DNA of 64,000 nt from Actinomycetes bacterium. Its GTDB lineage: Bacteria > Actinomycetota > Actinomycetes > Nanopelagicales > Nanopelagicaceae. The notes beneath the pieces were generated by a model. The model was given only the letters and a program-made list of their open reading frames with translations. It ran no database searches and had not been told where the DNA came from. The stretch covers positions 1,360 to 65,359 of the forward strand of contig JBAXOT010000008.1 of NCBI GenBank assembly GCA_037133095.1, given 5' to 3'. A program made the position numbers and the translations under genes. Shown here piece after piece: positions 41,400 to 49,886 of the stretch. The stretch's first letter is position 1. Each line of letters opens with the position of its first letter.

Positions 41400-42343
41400 G
41401 CGAGTCGGCACTCGACCGAACAGCCAGAGCCCTTGATCTGATCCCGTTCATTGCGGAAAACCCTGGTCTGAGCATTGAAGATCTGGCGCGCGAATTCGAC
41501 ACGACACCGAAATCTTTAACCAAAGATCTCGACTTACTCTTTGTCTGCGGATTGCCGGGATACACCCCACTTGAGCTCATTGACTTGTCATATGAGAGCG
41601 GTTACGTCAGTGTCATCGATGCACAAAGCCTTGATCGACCGAGACAATTGTCGCGCAAGGAAATTCAGGCTTTAGTGCTGGGCCTAGAAGTTCTCATGGG
41701 ATTGCGTGAAGAGTATGTGGTTGAAATTGCGGCGCTGCGAGACAAACTAGTTTCGGTACTTTCTACTTCGGAACTGCCGATTCGAATCGAGCCAACTCTT
41801 GATGCCGGGACGGGTTTTCTCGGGGAAGTGGAACGAGCCATAGCGGGGCGCAGACTGTTAGAAATCGACTATCAGGGAGTTGCGAAGGATGCTCTCACTC
41901 ATCGAGTCGTTCGACCTGATTCCATTAGCCACTTGAATGGGTTGATCTATCTCTCCGGGTGGTGCTTTTTGTCGAGCGGGTATCGCACCTTCCGAATCGA
42001 CAGAATCTCTGCTCTTAAAGTGTTCGACGCTGACGAAACCCGATATCGCGCTTCAGATGTTGCTACGGCGGTCGACTCCATCACAGAGGTGACATTGGAA
42101 GTTTCGCCATCGGCTCGAGTCTTCTTCGAGGAGAACGCTTCAATAATCGACATGGTGGAGGCACATGGAGAAGGAGTCCGAGTTCGCGTTCATGTCAGCG
42201 ACCCGGAATGGATACTCAGAACCTGCTTGGGTTTTGGGCCAAAGGTAAGGATTTTAGAGCCCGCGAGTCTGGCGCAGGCTCTGCTCGACCGAGTTCGTCT
42301 GACTCTGGAGCAATATTCTTTACCGAAAAGTAATGAAGAATGA
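41396..42343 (+). CDS. pafC: WYL-domain transcriptional regulator PafC
   Basis: 315 aa with the same architecture as PafB. ATGA overlap with pafB. Confidence 0.86.
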   Translation: MSESALDRTARALDLIPFIAENPGLSIEDLAREFDTTPKSLTKDLDLLFVCGLPGYTPLELIDLSYESGYVSVIDAQSLDRPRQLSRKEIQALVLGLEVLMGLREEYVVEIAALRDKLVSVLSTSELPIRIEPTLDAGTGFLGEVERAIAGRRLLEIDYQGVAKDALTHRVVRPDSISHLNGLIYLSGWCFLSSGYRTFRIDRISALKVFDADETRYRASDVATAVDSITEVTLEVSPSARVFFEENASIIDMVEAHGEGVRVRVHVSDPEWILRTCLGFGPKVRILEPASLAQALLDRVRLTLEQYSLPKSNEE

Positions 42344-42425
42344 GCCTATTAACCACGAAGTAAGTGGGGCTAAGGCTCTCCCGCGAGGTACTATCTAACC
42401 TCTTAACTCACGATAGGAAGTATTC

Positions 42426-42626
42426 ATGTTTCTCAGAGAACCAAGCCACATTCTCCTTTTGTTACTCGTTCTCGTCGTCCTGTTTGGGGCGAAGCGACTT
42501 CCAGATTCCGCGCGTGCTCTCGGGCGATCCCTTCGCATTTTCAAAAGTGAAGTAAAAGAACTCAGTCCTGAGGAGAAGAAGGCAAAGCCTGATTCCGAAT
42601 CTGGCGACACCTCCGCCAGCAACTAA
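42426..42626 (+). CDS. tatA: twin-arginine translocase subunit TatA
   Basis: 66 aa with a TM helix plus [28 protein letters not shown]. Confidence 0.93.
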   Translation: MFLREPSHILLLLLVLVVLFGAKRLPDSARALGRSLRIFKSEVKELSPEEKKAKPDSESGDTSASN

Positions 42627-42635
42627 CCAGACGTT

Positions 42636-43475
42636 ATGAGCGCCCTTGAGGGCGGTCGAATGCCGCTGATAGAACACTTTCGTGATCTACGTAAGCGAGT
42701 TGTACGAGCCGCAATTGCAATCGTTATCGCCTCTGGTGTCGGATGGTTTTTCTATAATTCCATCATTAGCACACTGTCCGCGCCGGTTTGCGATCTTAAA
42801 CAAGCCCAAAAAGCAGGAGCTGACCATTGCGGCACGCTCTACATTAATGGCGTTTTGGGTCCACTCAATTTACAGATAAAAGTTGCACTGCTTGTCGGAG
42901 TGATTATTGCGGCTCCAATTTGGATTTACCAACTGTGGGCTTTCATTGCACCTGGTCTGCATCGCAAAGAAAAACGTAACTCCGTCCTCTTTATAATTAT
43001 TGCCACCCCATTCTTCGCCCTAGGCTCCGGACTCGGTTATTGGATTCTCCCAGTCGCGGTTCGAGTACTTCTTGGGTTCACACCAAACTCACTATCCAAC
43101 CTGATTCCCTTTGCTGATTACCTTGATTTTGTTCTCCGAGTGATTCTGCTTTTCGGAGCCGCATTTGAACTGCCGGTATTTCTGGTCGCCCTGAATTTGG
43201 CGGGCGTACTCACCGGAAAAGGGATTTTGAAACCTTGGCGTTTTGCCGTTTTTGGCATCGCGGTATTTACAGCGGCCTTCACTCCAACAGGCGATCCTGT
43301 TTCCATGTCGGTTTTGGCCGTTCCGCTTGTGGCGTTCTACTTCGGTGCAGGCGGCATCGCACTATTGATTGATCGCCGCCGGGCAAAACGAAAAGTTGAG
43401 CTTAGCGACGATGAAGCCTCGCCTGAGTACGTCGTCGAGAGCATCGATGAAATAGAAGATCCGGACGCCAAGTAG
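42636..43475 (+). CDS. tatC: twin-arginine translocase subunit TatC
   Basis: 279 aa with 6 TM segments. N-terminus MPLIEHFRDLRKR. Confidence 0.94.
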   Translation: MSALEGGRMPLIEHFRDLRKRVVRAAIAIVIASGVGWFFYNSIISTLSAPVCDLKQAQKAGADHCGTLYINGVLGPLNLQIKVALLVGVIIAAPIWIYQLWAFIAPGLHRKEKRNSVLFIIIATPFFALGSGLGYWILPVAVRVLLGFTPNSLSNLIPFADYLDFVLRVILLFGAAFELPVFLVALNLAGVLTGKGILKPWRFAVFGIAVFTAAFTPTGDPVSMSVLAVPLVAFYFGAGGIALLIDRRRAKRKVELSDDEASPEYVVESIDEIEDPDAK

Positions 43476-43477
43476 CC

Positions 43478-44359
43478 ATGCGCTGGGTAATTGTGGTTAA
43501 TCCTTATTCGGGTAAAAAGCGCGGCCTGACGTTGGCACATGAGGTTAAGCGTATTGCCAGCGAGCGCGACATAGAAAGCGAGTGGATTTGCGGATCAAGC
43601 GCCGAAGAGAGCCGACTTTTGCTTGGACGCGCAATTTCAACTGGGTCAATTTCGGCAGTGATAGTTGTCGGCGGTGATGGACTAGTTAACCTCGCGATAC
43701 AAGAATTGGCCACGACATCGATTCCGATGGCAGTTCTTGCGGCCGGGACTGGAAACGATTTCGCGCGCGCAAATGGGACGGTCGATTTTGGTCCGACCGA
43801 GCTCGTAGATTTCATGACCACAAATGCGCCCATAGAAATTGATTTGGGTGGCGCGACATTAGGTGCGAAAACCTCGTGGTTTGGCCAAGTGCTCAGTACT
43901 GGATTTGATTCAATGGTCAATGAACGGGCGAATAGATTTACCAAGATCAAAGGACAGGTCAAATATGACCTCTCGATACTCCTTGAACTTCCAAAATTCC
44001 AACCTAAGAGTTATCGCATTGTTGCGGATGGTAGGGAAATACATGCCAAGGCGATGCTGGTTGCTGTGGCCAATGGACCAACCTACGGCGGCGGAATGCG
44101 GGTCTGTCCTAGTGCGAATCGTCAGGATGGAATGTTTGATGTGCTTCTTTTGCATCCGATTCCTAAATGGGAGTTCTTAAAAGTCTTTCCAAAGGTTTTC
44201 AAGGGGACTCACGTTACGCATCCTAAGGTCGAGATTTTTCGCTGTCGTGAAATACAGATCGAAGCAGATGCAGTGGCGTATGCCGATGGCGAGCGCTACG
44301 GCGAACTTCCACTTAAGGCCAGCGTGCATCCGCAATCTCTTCTTACTTGGGTTTCTTAG
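43478..44359 (+). CDS. diacylglycerol/lipid kinase family protein
   Basis: 293 aa with VVNPYSGKK and VVGGDGLVN motifs. Confidence 0.85.
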   Translation: MRWVIVVNPYSGKKRGLTLAHEVKRIASERDIESEWICGSSAEESRLLLGRAISTGSISAVIVVGGDGLVNLAIQELATTSIPMAVLAAGTGNDFARANGTVDFGPTELVDFMTTNAPIEIDLGGATLGAKTSWFGQVLSTGFDSMVNERANRFTKIKGQVKYDLSILLELPKFQPKSYRIVADGREIHAKAMLVAVANGPTYGGGMRVCPSANRQDGMFDVLLLHPIPKWEFLKVFPKVFKGTHVTHPKVEIFRCREIQIEADAVAYADGERYGELPLKASVHPQSLLTWVS

Positions 44360-46743
44360 TGGAGTTGTCGCCAGCTGAAAAATATGCGGCAAGCCGTGCC
44401 AGAAATGCCTACGCCAAAACCAGCAGTTTTCAATCTCAATATTCCTTCCCTTTTGACGATTTTCAGATCGCTGGTTGCCAAGCATTGGAAGATGGGCAGG
44501 GAGTTTTAGTAGCGGCCCCGACTGGTGCCGGCAAAACAATTGTGGGGGAGTTTGCTGCCTATTTAGCAATCACATCGGGAAATAAATGTTTTTATACCAC
44601 GCCTATAAAGGCGCTCTCTAATCAAAAATACCAGGATCTTTGCGCTATGTTCGGCGATTCCAAAGTGGGTCTTCTTACTGGTGATACTAGTTTCAATTCC
44701 GAGGCTCCGATTGTTGTTATGACTACAGAAGTGTTGCGCAACATGCTGTATGCGGGTTCGAGCACCCTACAAAACTTAAAGTTTGTGGTGATGGACGAGG
44801 TGCATTACCTAGCTGATAAATTTCGCGGCGCAGTCTGGGAAGAGATTTTGATTCATTTGCCAGAGAGCGTCCAGGTGGCGTCACTGTCAGCCACAGTATC
44901 CAACGCAGAAGAATTCGGTGATTGGCTTCAGACAGTTCGTGGCGGCACCTCGGTGATAGTTACTGAAATCCGTCCAGTTCCGCTCTATCAACACGTCCTC
45001 TTCGGCAATCGACTTCTCGATCTTTTTGTAGAGGGCGGCAAGGTCAGCCCTGAAATTCTACGACTGGAGCGCGAGACCAGCCGGCGTGTGAAAACCAATG
45101 TGAATAAGTCTCGACACAGCCGTGGCAATTGGAACGAGAGATCAGATACGGCGATCAATATTGCGTATCTGAGTCGTGCCGAAGTGATCGAAAAATTGGA
45201 TCGCGAAGGATTATTGCCTGCAATCACCTTTATTTTCTCCCGTAAAGCTTGTGATGCTGCTGTCCATCAATGCCTAAGCGCTGGTTTGAAGTTGACCACC
45301 GCGGATGAACGCTCCGAAATTCGTGCGGTGATTGCGAAGAATTCGCAGAGCATTCCTGAAGACGACCTCTTTGTTTTGGGATTTCATGAGTGGGCGGATG
45401 GACTAGAGCGTGGCGTCGCGGCACACCATGCTGGGTTGCTCCCGAAGTTCAAGGAAACCGTGGAAGAACTTTTTCAGCGCGGATTGATTAAAGCAGTTTT
45501 CGCTACCGAAACGCTCGCTCTGGGCATCAACATGCCTGCTCGCACCGTGGTCTTAGAAAAATTAATGAAATGGAATGGCGAAACACATGTGCCGGTGACA
45601 CCTGGTGAATATACCCAGCTAACCGGTCGGGCCGGCCGGCGCGGTATCGATATTGAGGGTAACGCCGTCATCATCTGGAATAGGGAGGTTGATTCAAGTT
45701 CGGTTGCCGGACTTGCCTCCACCCGAACCTATCCGCTCAAAAGTTCGTTCAAGCCAACATACAACATGGCCATTAACCTCATTTCGCAATTTGGCGCACA
45801 GCGCGCCAGAACTTCCTTGGAATCCTCGTTCGCCCAATTTCAAGCAGACAAAGCGGTCGTGGGACTCGCGCGCCAGATTGCACGAAACGAAACCGCAGTT
45901 GTTAAATTGCAGACCGAAGTGTTGTGCCATTTGGGCGACTTTATGGAGTACTCACATATTCGTGCCGAGATTTCTGACTTAGAAAAGTTTTTAAGCAAAC
46001 GCTCACGGGCTAAACGGCAAGAGATTGAAGAAGAGATCAGCGACCTAAGAAAGGTATTGCGATCACATCCGTGCCATGGTTGTGCCGAGCGAGAGGTGCA
46101 TGCCCGTCTCGCCGAACGAATTGAAAGATTGCTGCGAGAAAATCGCGGCTTGACCGAGCGCGTCAATAATCGCACAAACGTCATTGCCCGACGTTTCGAT
46201 CTAGTACGAGTTATGCTCGAGAAACTCGGCTATATCGAAGGCGATTTAATAACACACTCCGGACGGTTGCTTTCAAAAATCTACGGCGAAACAGATCTAC
46301 TCATCGCGGAGATGATTCGCCTGGGGAGTTTTGACGAACTTAACGGCTCAGAGCTCGTTTCCGTTCTTTCAAGTTTTCTTTTCGAAGCACGGCGAGAATC
46401 TTCGCCAAAAATTCCACATGGTGCGGTTCAAGAGGTGTTGCAAGAGGTGGTTCATCAGTGGCACCGCATACACGAAATGGAATTGGAGATCGGGTTAGAG
46501 CCACTTCGAGAACCTGACCTTGGCTTCTGTTGGGCCTCCTACAGGTGGGCAAATGGCCATTCCTTGACGGCAATTCTCAAGGGAACTGAGTTGACCGTTG
46601 GCGATTTCGTCAGATCCATGAAACAGATTATTGATCTTCTGCGCCAACTCGCCATTGCTTCGCCTCATATGTCGGGCATGGTCTCTGATGCGCTCAAAAG
46701 AATTGATCGCGGAATTGTTAGCTACGCAGGTGCCGTCATATGA
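44347..46743 (+). CDS. helY: Ski2-like DEAD/DEAH-box helicase HelY
   Basis: 798 aa with APTGAGKT, DEVH and SAT motifs. Downstream of tatC as in mycobacteria. Confidence 0.9.
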   Translation: MGFLVELSPAEKYAASRARNAYAKTSSFQSQYSFPFDDFQIAGCQALEDGQGVLVAAPTGAGKTIVGEFAAYLAITSGNKCFYTTPIKALSNQKYQDLCAMFGDSKVGLLTGDTSFNSEAPIVVMTTEVLRNMLYAGSSTLQNLKFVVMDEVHYLADKFRGAVWEEILIHLPESVQVASLSATVSNAEEFGDWLQTVRGGTSVIVTEIRPVPLYQHVLFGNRLLDLFVEGGKVSPEILRLERETSRRVKTNVNKSRHSRGNWNERSDTAINIAYLSRAEVIEKLDREGLLPAITFIFSRKACDAAVHQCLSAGLKLTTADERSEIRAVIAKNSQSIPEDDLFVLGFHEWADGLERGVAAHHAGLLPKFKETVEELFQRGLIKAVFATETLALGINMPARTVVLEKLMKWNGETHVPVTPGEYTQLTGRAGRRGIDIEGNAVIIWNREVDSSSVAGLASTRTYPLKSSFKPTYNMAINLISQFGAQRARTSLESSFAQFQADKAVVGLARQIARNETAVVKLQTEVLCHLGDFMEYSHIRAEISDLEKFLSKRSRAKRQEIEEEISDLRKVLRSHPCHGCAEREVHARLAERIERLLRENRGLTERVNNRTNVIARRFDLVRVMLEKLGYIEGDLITHSGRLLSKIYGETDLLIAEMIRLGSFDELNGSELVSVLSSFLFEARRESSPKIPHGAVQEVLQEVVHQWHRIHEMELEIGLEPLREPDLGFCWASYRWANGHSLTAILKGTELTVGDFVRSMKQIIDLLRQLAIASPHMSGMVSDALKRIDRGIVSYAGAVI

Positions 46744-47639
46744 CTTTAATGCTTATCGACAGTGCCTCGCTGTGGTACCGCGCGTATTTTGGAATGCCCG
46801 ATACTTTGTTGGCGCCGGATGGCACGCCAGTCAATGCCATTAGGGGTTATCTAGATATGACAGCCCGGCTTCTCGCCGTTTATCGCCCAAACCGTTTAGT
46901 CGCATGTATCGAAGGGGATTGGCGACCAACTTGGCGAACCGATCTCTTTCCCGGTTACAAGGCGAACCGATTAAGCGCTGATGGCGAAGAGGAAGAGCCA
47001 GACCTTTTAACGCCACAAATACCAATCCTGCTGGATCTCTTAGAGGCATTTGGCATACCTGTTGTGGGGGCTGACGATTATGAGGCCGATGACGTCATTG
47101 CTACCTACAGTGTGACCCATCCAGGACCGACTCGGATTGTCACCGGAGATCGTGATCTTTTTCAACTGGTGGATGATGATCGAAAAGTTGCTGTCGCCTA
47201 TTTAGCCAAAGGCATTTCGGCTCATGATCTGGTTAACAAACAGTGGATTGCCGAGAAATACGATATTCCGGGTGATCGATATGCGCTTTTCGCCATGATT
47301 CGCGGGGATGCTTCGGATGGCCTTCCCGGTATCCGAGGAATCGGCGAGAAAGGCGCAGCAACTATTGCGCAACGTTTCACCACCTTGTCCGAGGTACAAA
47401 GTGCAGCTATGAACGGCGATGAACGGCTGACTCCAAATTTGCGCAAGAAGATATTGGAGGCGGAAGAATATATTCAGATAGCACCAAAACTCGTCCATTG
47501 TGCGCTTGATGTGCCACTGCCGAACATCGACCTTGCACTCCCTAAGGAGCCAGAATCGCTCGATGAGATTTACAAATATCAGCGCGATTACGGATTAGGG
47601 GCAAGCGTCGATCGAATGATCTCTGCACTTCGGTGGTGA
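46740..47639 (+). CDS. 5'-3' exonuclease (FEN / Pol I N-terminal domain family)
   Basis: 299 aa. LIDSASLWYRAYF, acidic metal-binding clusters and an H3TH region (GIRGIGEKGAA). Confidence 0.88.
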   Translation: MTLMLIDSASLWYRAYFGMPDTLLAPDGTPVNAIRGYLDMTARLLAVYRPNRLVACIEGDWRPTWRTDLFPGYKANRLSADGEEEEPDLLTPQIPILLDLLEAFGIPVVGADDYEADDVIATYSVTHPGPTRIVTGDRDLFQLVDDDRKVAVAYLAKGISAHDLVNKQWIAEKYDIPGDRYALFAMIRGDASDGLPGIRGIGEKGAATIAQRFTTLSEVQSAAMNGDERLTPNLRKKILEAEEYIQIAPKLVHCALDVPLPNIDLALPKEPESLDEIYKYQRDYGLGASVDRMISALRW

Positions 47640-49096
47640 AAAATCGGATTCTTGTTTCGACGGGAATATCTGTTTTAGCAGGTTTGCTGTTATCACAAAG
47701 TTTTATGAGCCACGGCACTTGGCTCTATGGAGTGTTTGCCATTGCGATCTTTGCAGATCGAATGCGGGAACCGTCCTTTCGAATACGCCTCTTCCTAACC
47801 TCGGTATTCAGCCTGACTTTTCTTCTATTTTTGCTTCATTGGAGTAGTGCATATGTAGGGGTACTTCCATGGTTCTTCCTTGCCATAGGCGAATCAGTGT
47901 TCTACCTTCCCTTGGCCTTTATTCGATTTCGAGGAGAAATTGAATATGCCCTCGCTTTCTCTTCGGGATGGGTATTCGTCGAATTTGTGCGACGCAATTT
48001 TCCCTTTGGTGGCTTCGGTTGGGGGCGTCTGGGGTTCATTACAGTCCAATCGCCCTTTAGTTCGGCGCTGCCAATGGGGGGAGTAGCCCTGGGATCTTTT
48101 GTGATGGTTCTCTTTTCCGCAACTTTGGCAAGTTTCGCTCACAATTTCGATCGGCGCGCTTTAGTTCTGCTTGTATTGCCTACGCTTTCCATCTCGCTCC
48201 TTGCCAAAGATCTTGTCATTGTGTCGCAACAGCCCTCTTTAAGAATTGCCCTGGTCCAAGGGGGAGTGCCCGAACTGGGACTGCGATTTAACGATAATCC
48301 CAAGGCAGTTTTCGACCGACAGTACAGTCAGACACTCACCTCGATTGCCCCTGGATCCGTAGATCTCATTGTTTGGCCTGAAAACACGGTGTTAATTTCG
48401 ACAGCGGATCGAACTTCCGAAGTTCAGTTAATTCAACGACTTTCGCGTCAGTTGTTGGTTCCTATACAAGTTGGGGCTGTTGAGTCCCGCAATGGAAAGT
48501 TGTTTAACGAGTCAATTCTGATCCGTCCGAATTCAAGGGAAATTTATATAAAGCGAAAACTTGTTCCTTTCGGCGAATTTATACCAATCCGTTTTCTTGC
48601 GGAAAAAGTCTCACCGCTTACACAATCCATTCGTGATTTCAGCTCTGGAAATACCAGAGTCGACTTTAAAGTAATGTCTCAATCCATCTCACCAATGCTC
48701 TGTTATGAGATTCTCGATGATGAAATCGTCCGCTCTGCTGCCAAATACGACAGCATCTTGGTAGTTCAAACAAATAACGCCACATTTGGTCGCACTCAAG
48801 AGCTTTTCCAAGAACGGCAGATAGCCATAGCTCGAGCTCTTGAAGTTCGACGCCCGATCGCCTATGACTCTACAACCGGAATCACCTCCTTTATTCGACA
48901 CAATGGAAAGATTGACTCTGCACTCTCGCCCTTTACGCCGGGAACTTTGACGGCGAAAGTCTCAGGTACAACTAAAATAACTCCAAGTGTGAAATATGGA
49001 AAAGTTATCGAACTTCTCATAATTCTTTGTTTTATTGGGCTAGTGACCAGGAGGTGGCAAAGAGATGAAGTATTTGATCGTAATCCCGACTTATAA
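47633..49096 (+). CDS. lnt: apolipoprotein N-acyltransferase
   Basis: 487 aa with an N-terminal polytopic domain and a CN-hydrolase domain. E (VWPEN), K (KRKLVPFGE) and C (MLCYE) triad present. Confidence 0.88.
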   Translation: MVKNRILVSTGISVLAGLLLSQSFMSHGTWLYGVFAIAIFADRMREPSFRIRLFLTSVFSLTFLLFLLHWSSAYVGVLPWFFLAIGESVFYLPLAFIRFRGEIEYALAFSSGWVFVEFVRRNFPFGGFGWGRLGFITVQSPFSSALPMGGVALGSFVMVLFSATLASFAHNFDRRALVLLVLPTLSISLLAKDLVIVSQQPSLRIALVQGGVPELGLRFNDNPKAVFDRQYSQTLTSIAPGSVDLIVWPENTVLISTADRTSEVQLIQRLSRQLLVPIQVGAVESRNGKLFNESILIRPNSREIYIKRKLVPFGEFIPIRFLAEKVSPLTQSIRDFSSGNTRVDFKVMSQSISPMLCYEILDDEIVRSAAKYDSILVVQTNNATFGRTQELFQERQIAIARALEVRRPIAYDSTTGITSFIRHNGKIDSALSPFTPGTLTAKVSGTTKITPSVKYGKVIELLIILCFIGLVTRRWQRDEVFDRNPDL

Positions 49097-49787
49097 CGAA
49101 TCCGAGAGCATCACCTCATTGCTGCACCGCCTGGACGCGGTTCGAAATGTCGATAAATCCGAAGACATCCATATCCTTTTGGTCGATGACAACTCACCTG
49201 ACGGAACCGCGGCGATTGCCGACGCACTTGGGTTGGCGAATTTCACGGTTTTACACCGTTCGAAGAAAGAAGGCCTCGGTCCTGCTTATTTGGCCGGATT
49301 TGCTTGGGGTTTAGAACGCAACTTTGATTACCTCTTAGAGATGGACGCTGACAGCAGTCACCAACCAGAAGAATTACCTCGATTGCTTGCCGCCTCGCAT
49401 TCCGCGGATCTCGTTATTGGGTCTCGGTGGGTCGCCGGAGGGTCGGTCCAAAACTGGCCTTGGCACCGGATTTTTATCTCCCGATTTGGCACTTCCTATG
49501 CCTCAGTTCTCCTGCGATTGCCCTACCGTGACCTCACAAGTGGCTTCCGAGTCCTTTCCGCCGGACTTCTTCGAAGAATTCCATTCGAACAGATCGAAAC
49601 CCACGGTTATGGGTTTCAAATTGAAATGGCGATGAGAGCCCATGATTTAGGCGCAACCATTCAAGAAGTCCCCATCACCTTTATCGAACGCGCTCAGGGT
49701 CGGTCCAAGATGACCGGCTCGATTGTCTGGGAAGCGTTCGCCAGCGTGACACAGTGGTCGCTCCATCGGATATTTAATCGCCGATAA
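49065..49787 (+). CDS. ppm1: polyprenol-phosphate mannose synthase (GT2)
   Basis: 240 aa with VIPTYNE and DDNSPDGT...DAD motifs. Overlaps lnt by 32 nt. Confidence 0.9.
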   Translation: MKYLIVIPTYNESESITSLLHRLDAVRNVDKSEDIHILLVDDNSPDGTAAIADALGLANFTVLHRSKKEGLGPAYLAGFAWGLERNFDYLLEMDADSSHQPEELPRLLAASHSADLVIGSRWVAGGSVQNWPWHRIFISRFGTSYASVLLRLPYRDLTSGFRVLSAGLLRRIPFEQIETHGYGFQIEMAMRAHDLGATIQEVPITFIERAQGRSKMTGSIVWEAFASVTQWSLHRIFNRR

Positions 49788-49804
49788 TCTACATTATGTC
49801 AACT
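49777..49804. other. dif: dif chromosome-dimer resolution site (XerC arm - 6-bp spacer - XerD arm)
   Basis: ATCGCCGATAA-TCTACA-TTATGTCAACT. 19/28 identical to E. coli dif by my own count, and very close to the remembered actinobacterial dif consensus (..CCGATAAT..ACATTATGTCAAGT). Located at the convergent ppm1/gcvP junction where strand polarity flips. Confidence 0.8.
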
Positions 49805-49886
49805 AATAATTTCTCACTCGAGTAACCCCTTTCCCCTCACGGAATCAGGTATGTGGCTCGAGGACTAGACCTTTCGGTGGTTCTGA

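Noticed and set aside
49817-49862. Possible terminator hairpin formed by two CTCGAG sites just downstream of dif.
   Set aside because: The stem is only 6 bp with a ~34-nt loop and no U-tract. The pairing is a trivial consequence of two palindromic hexamers.
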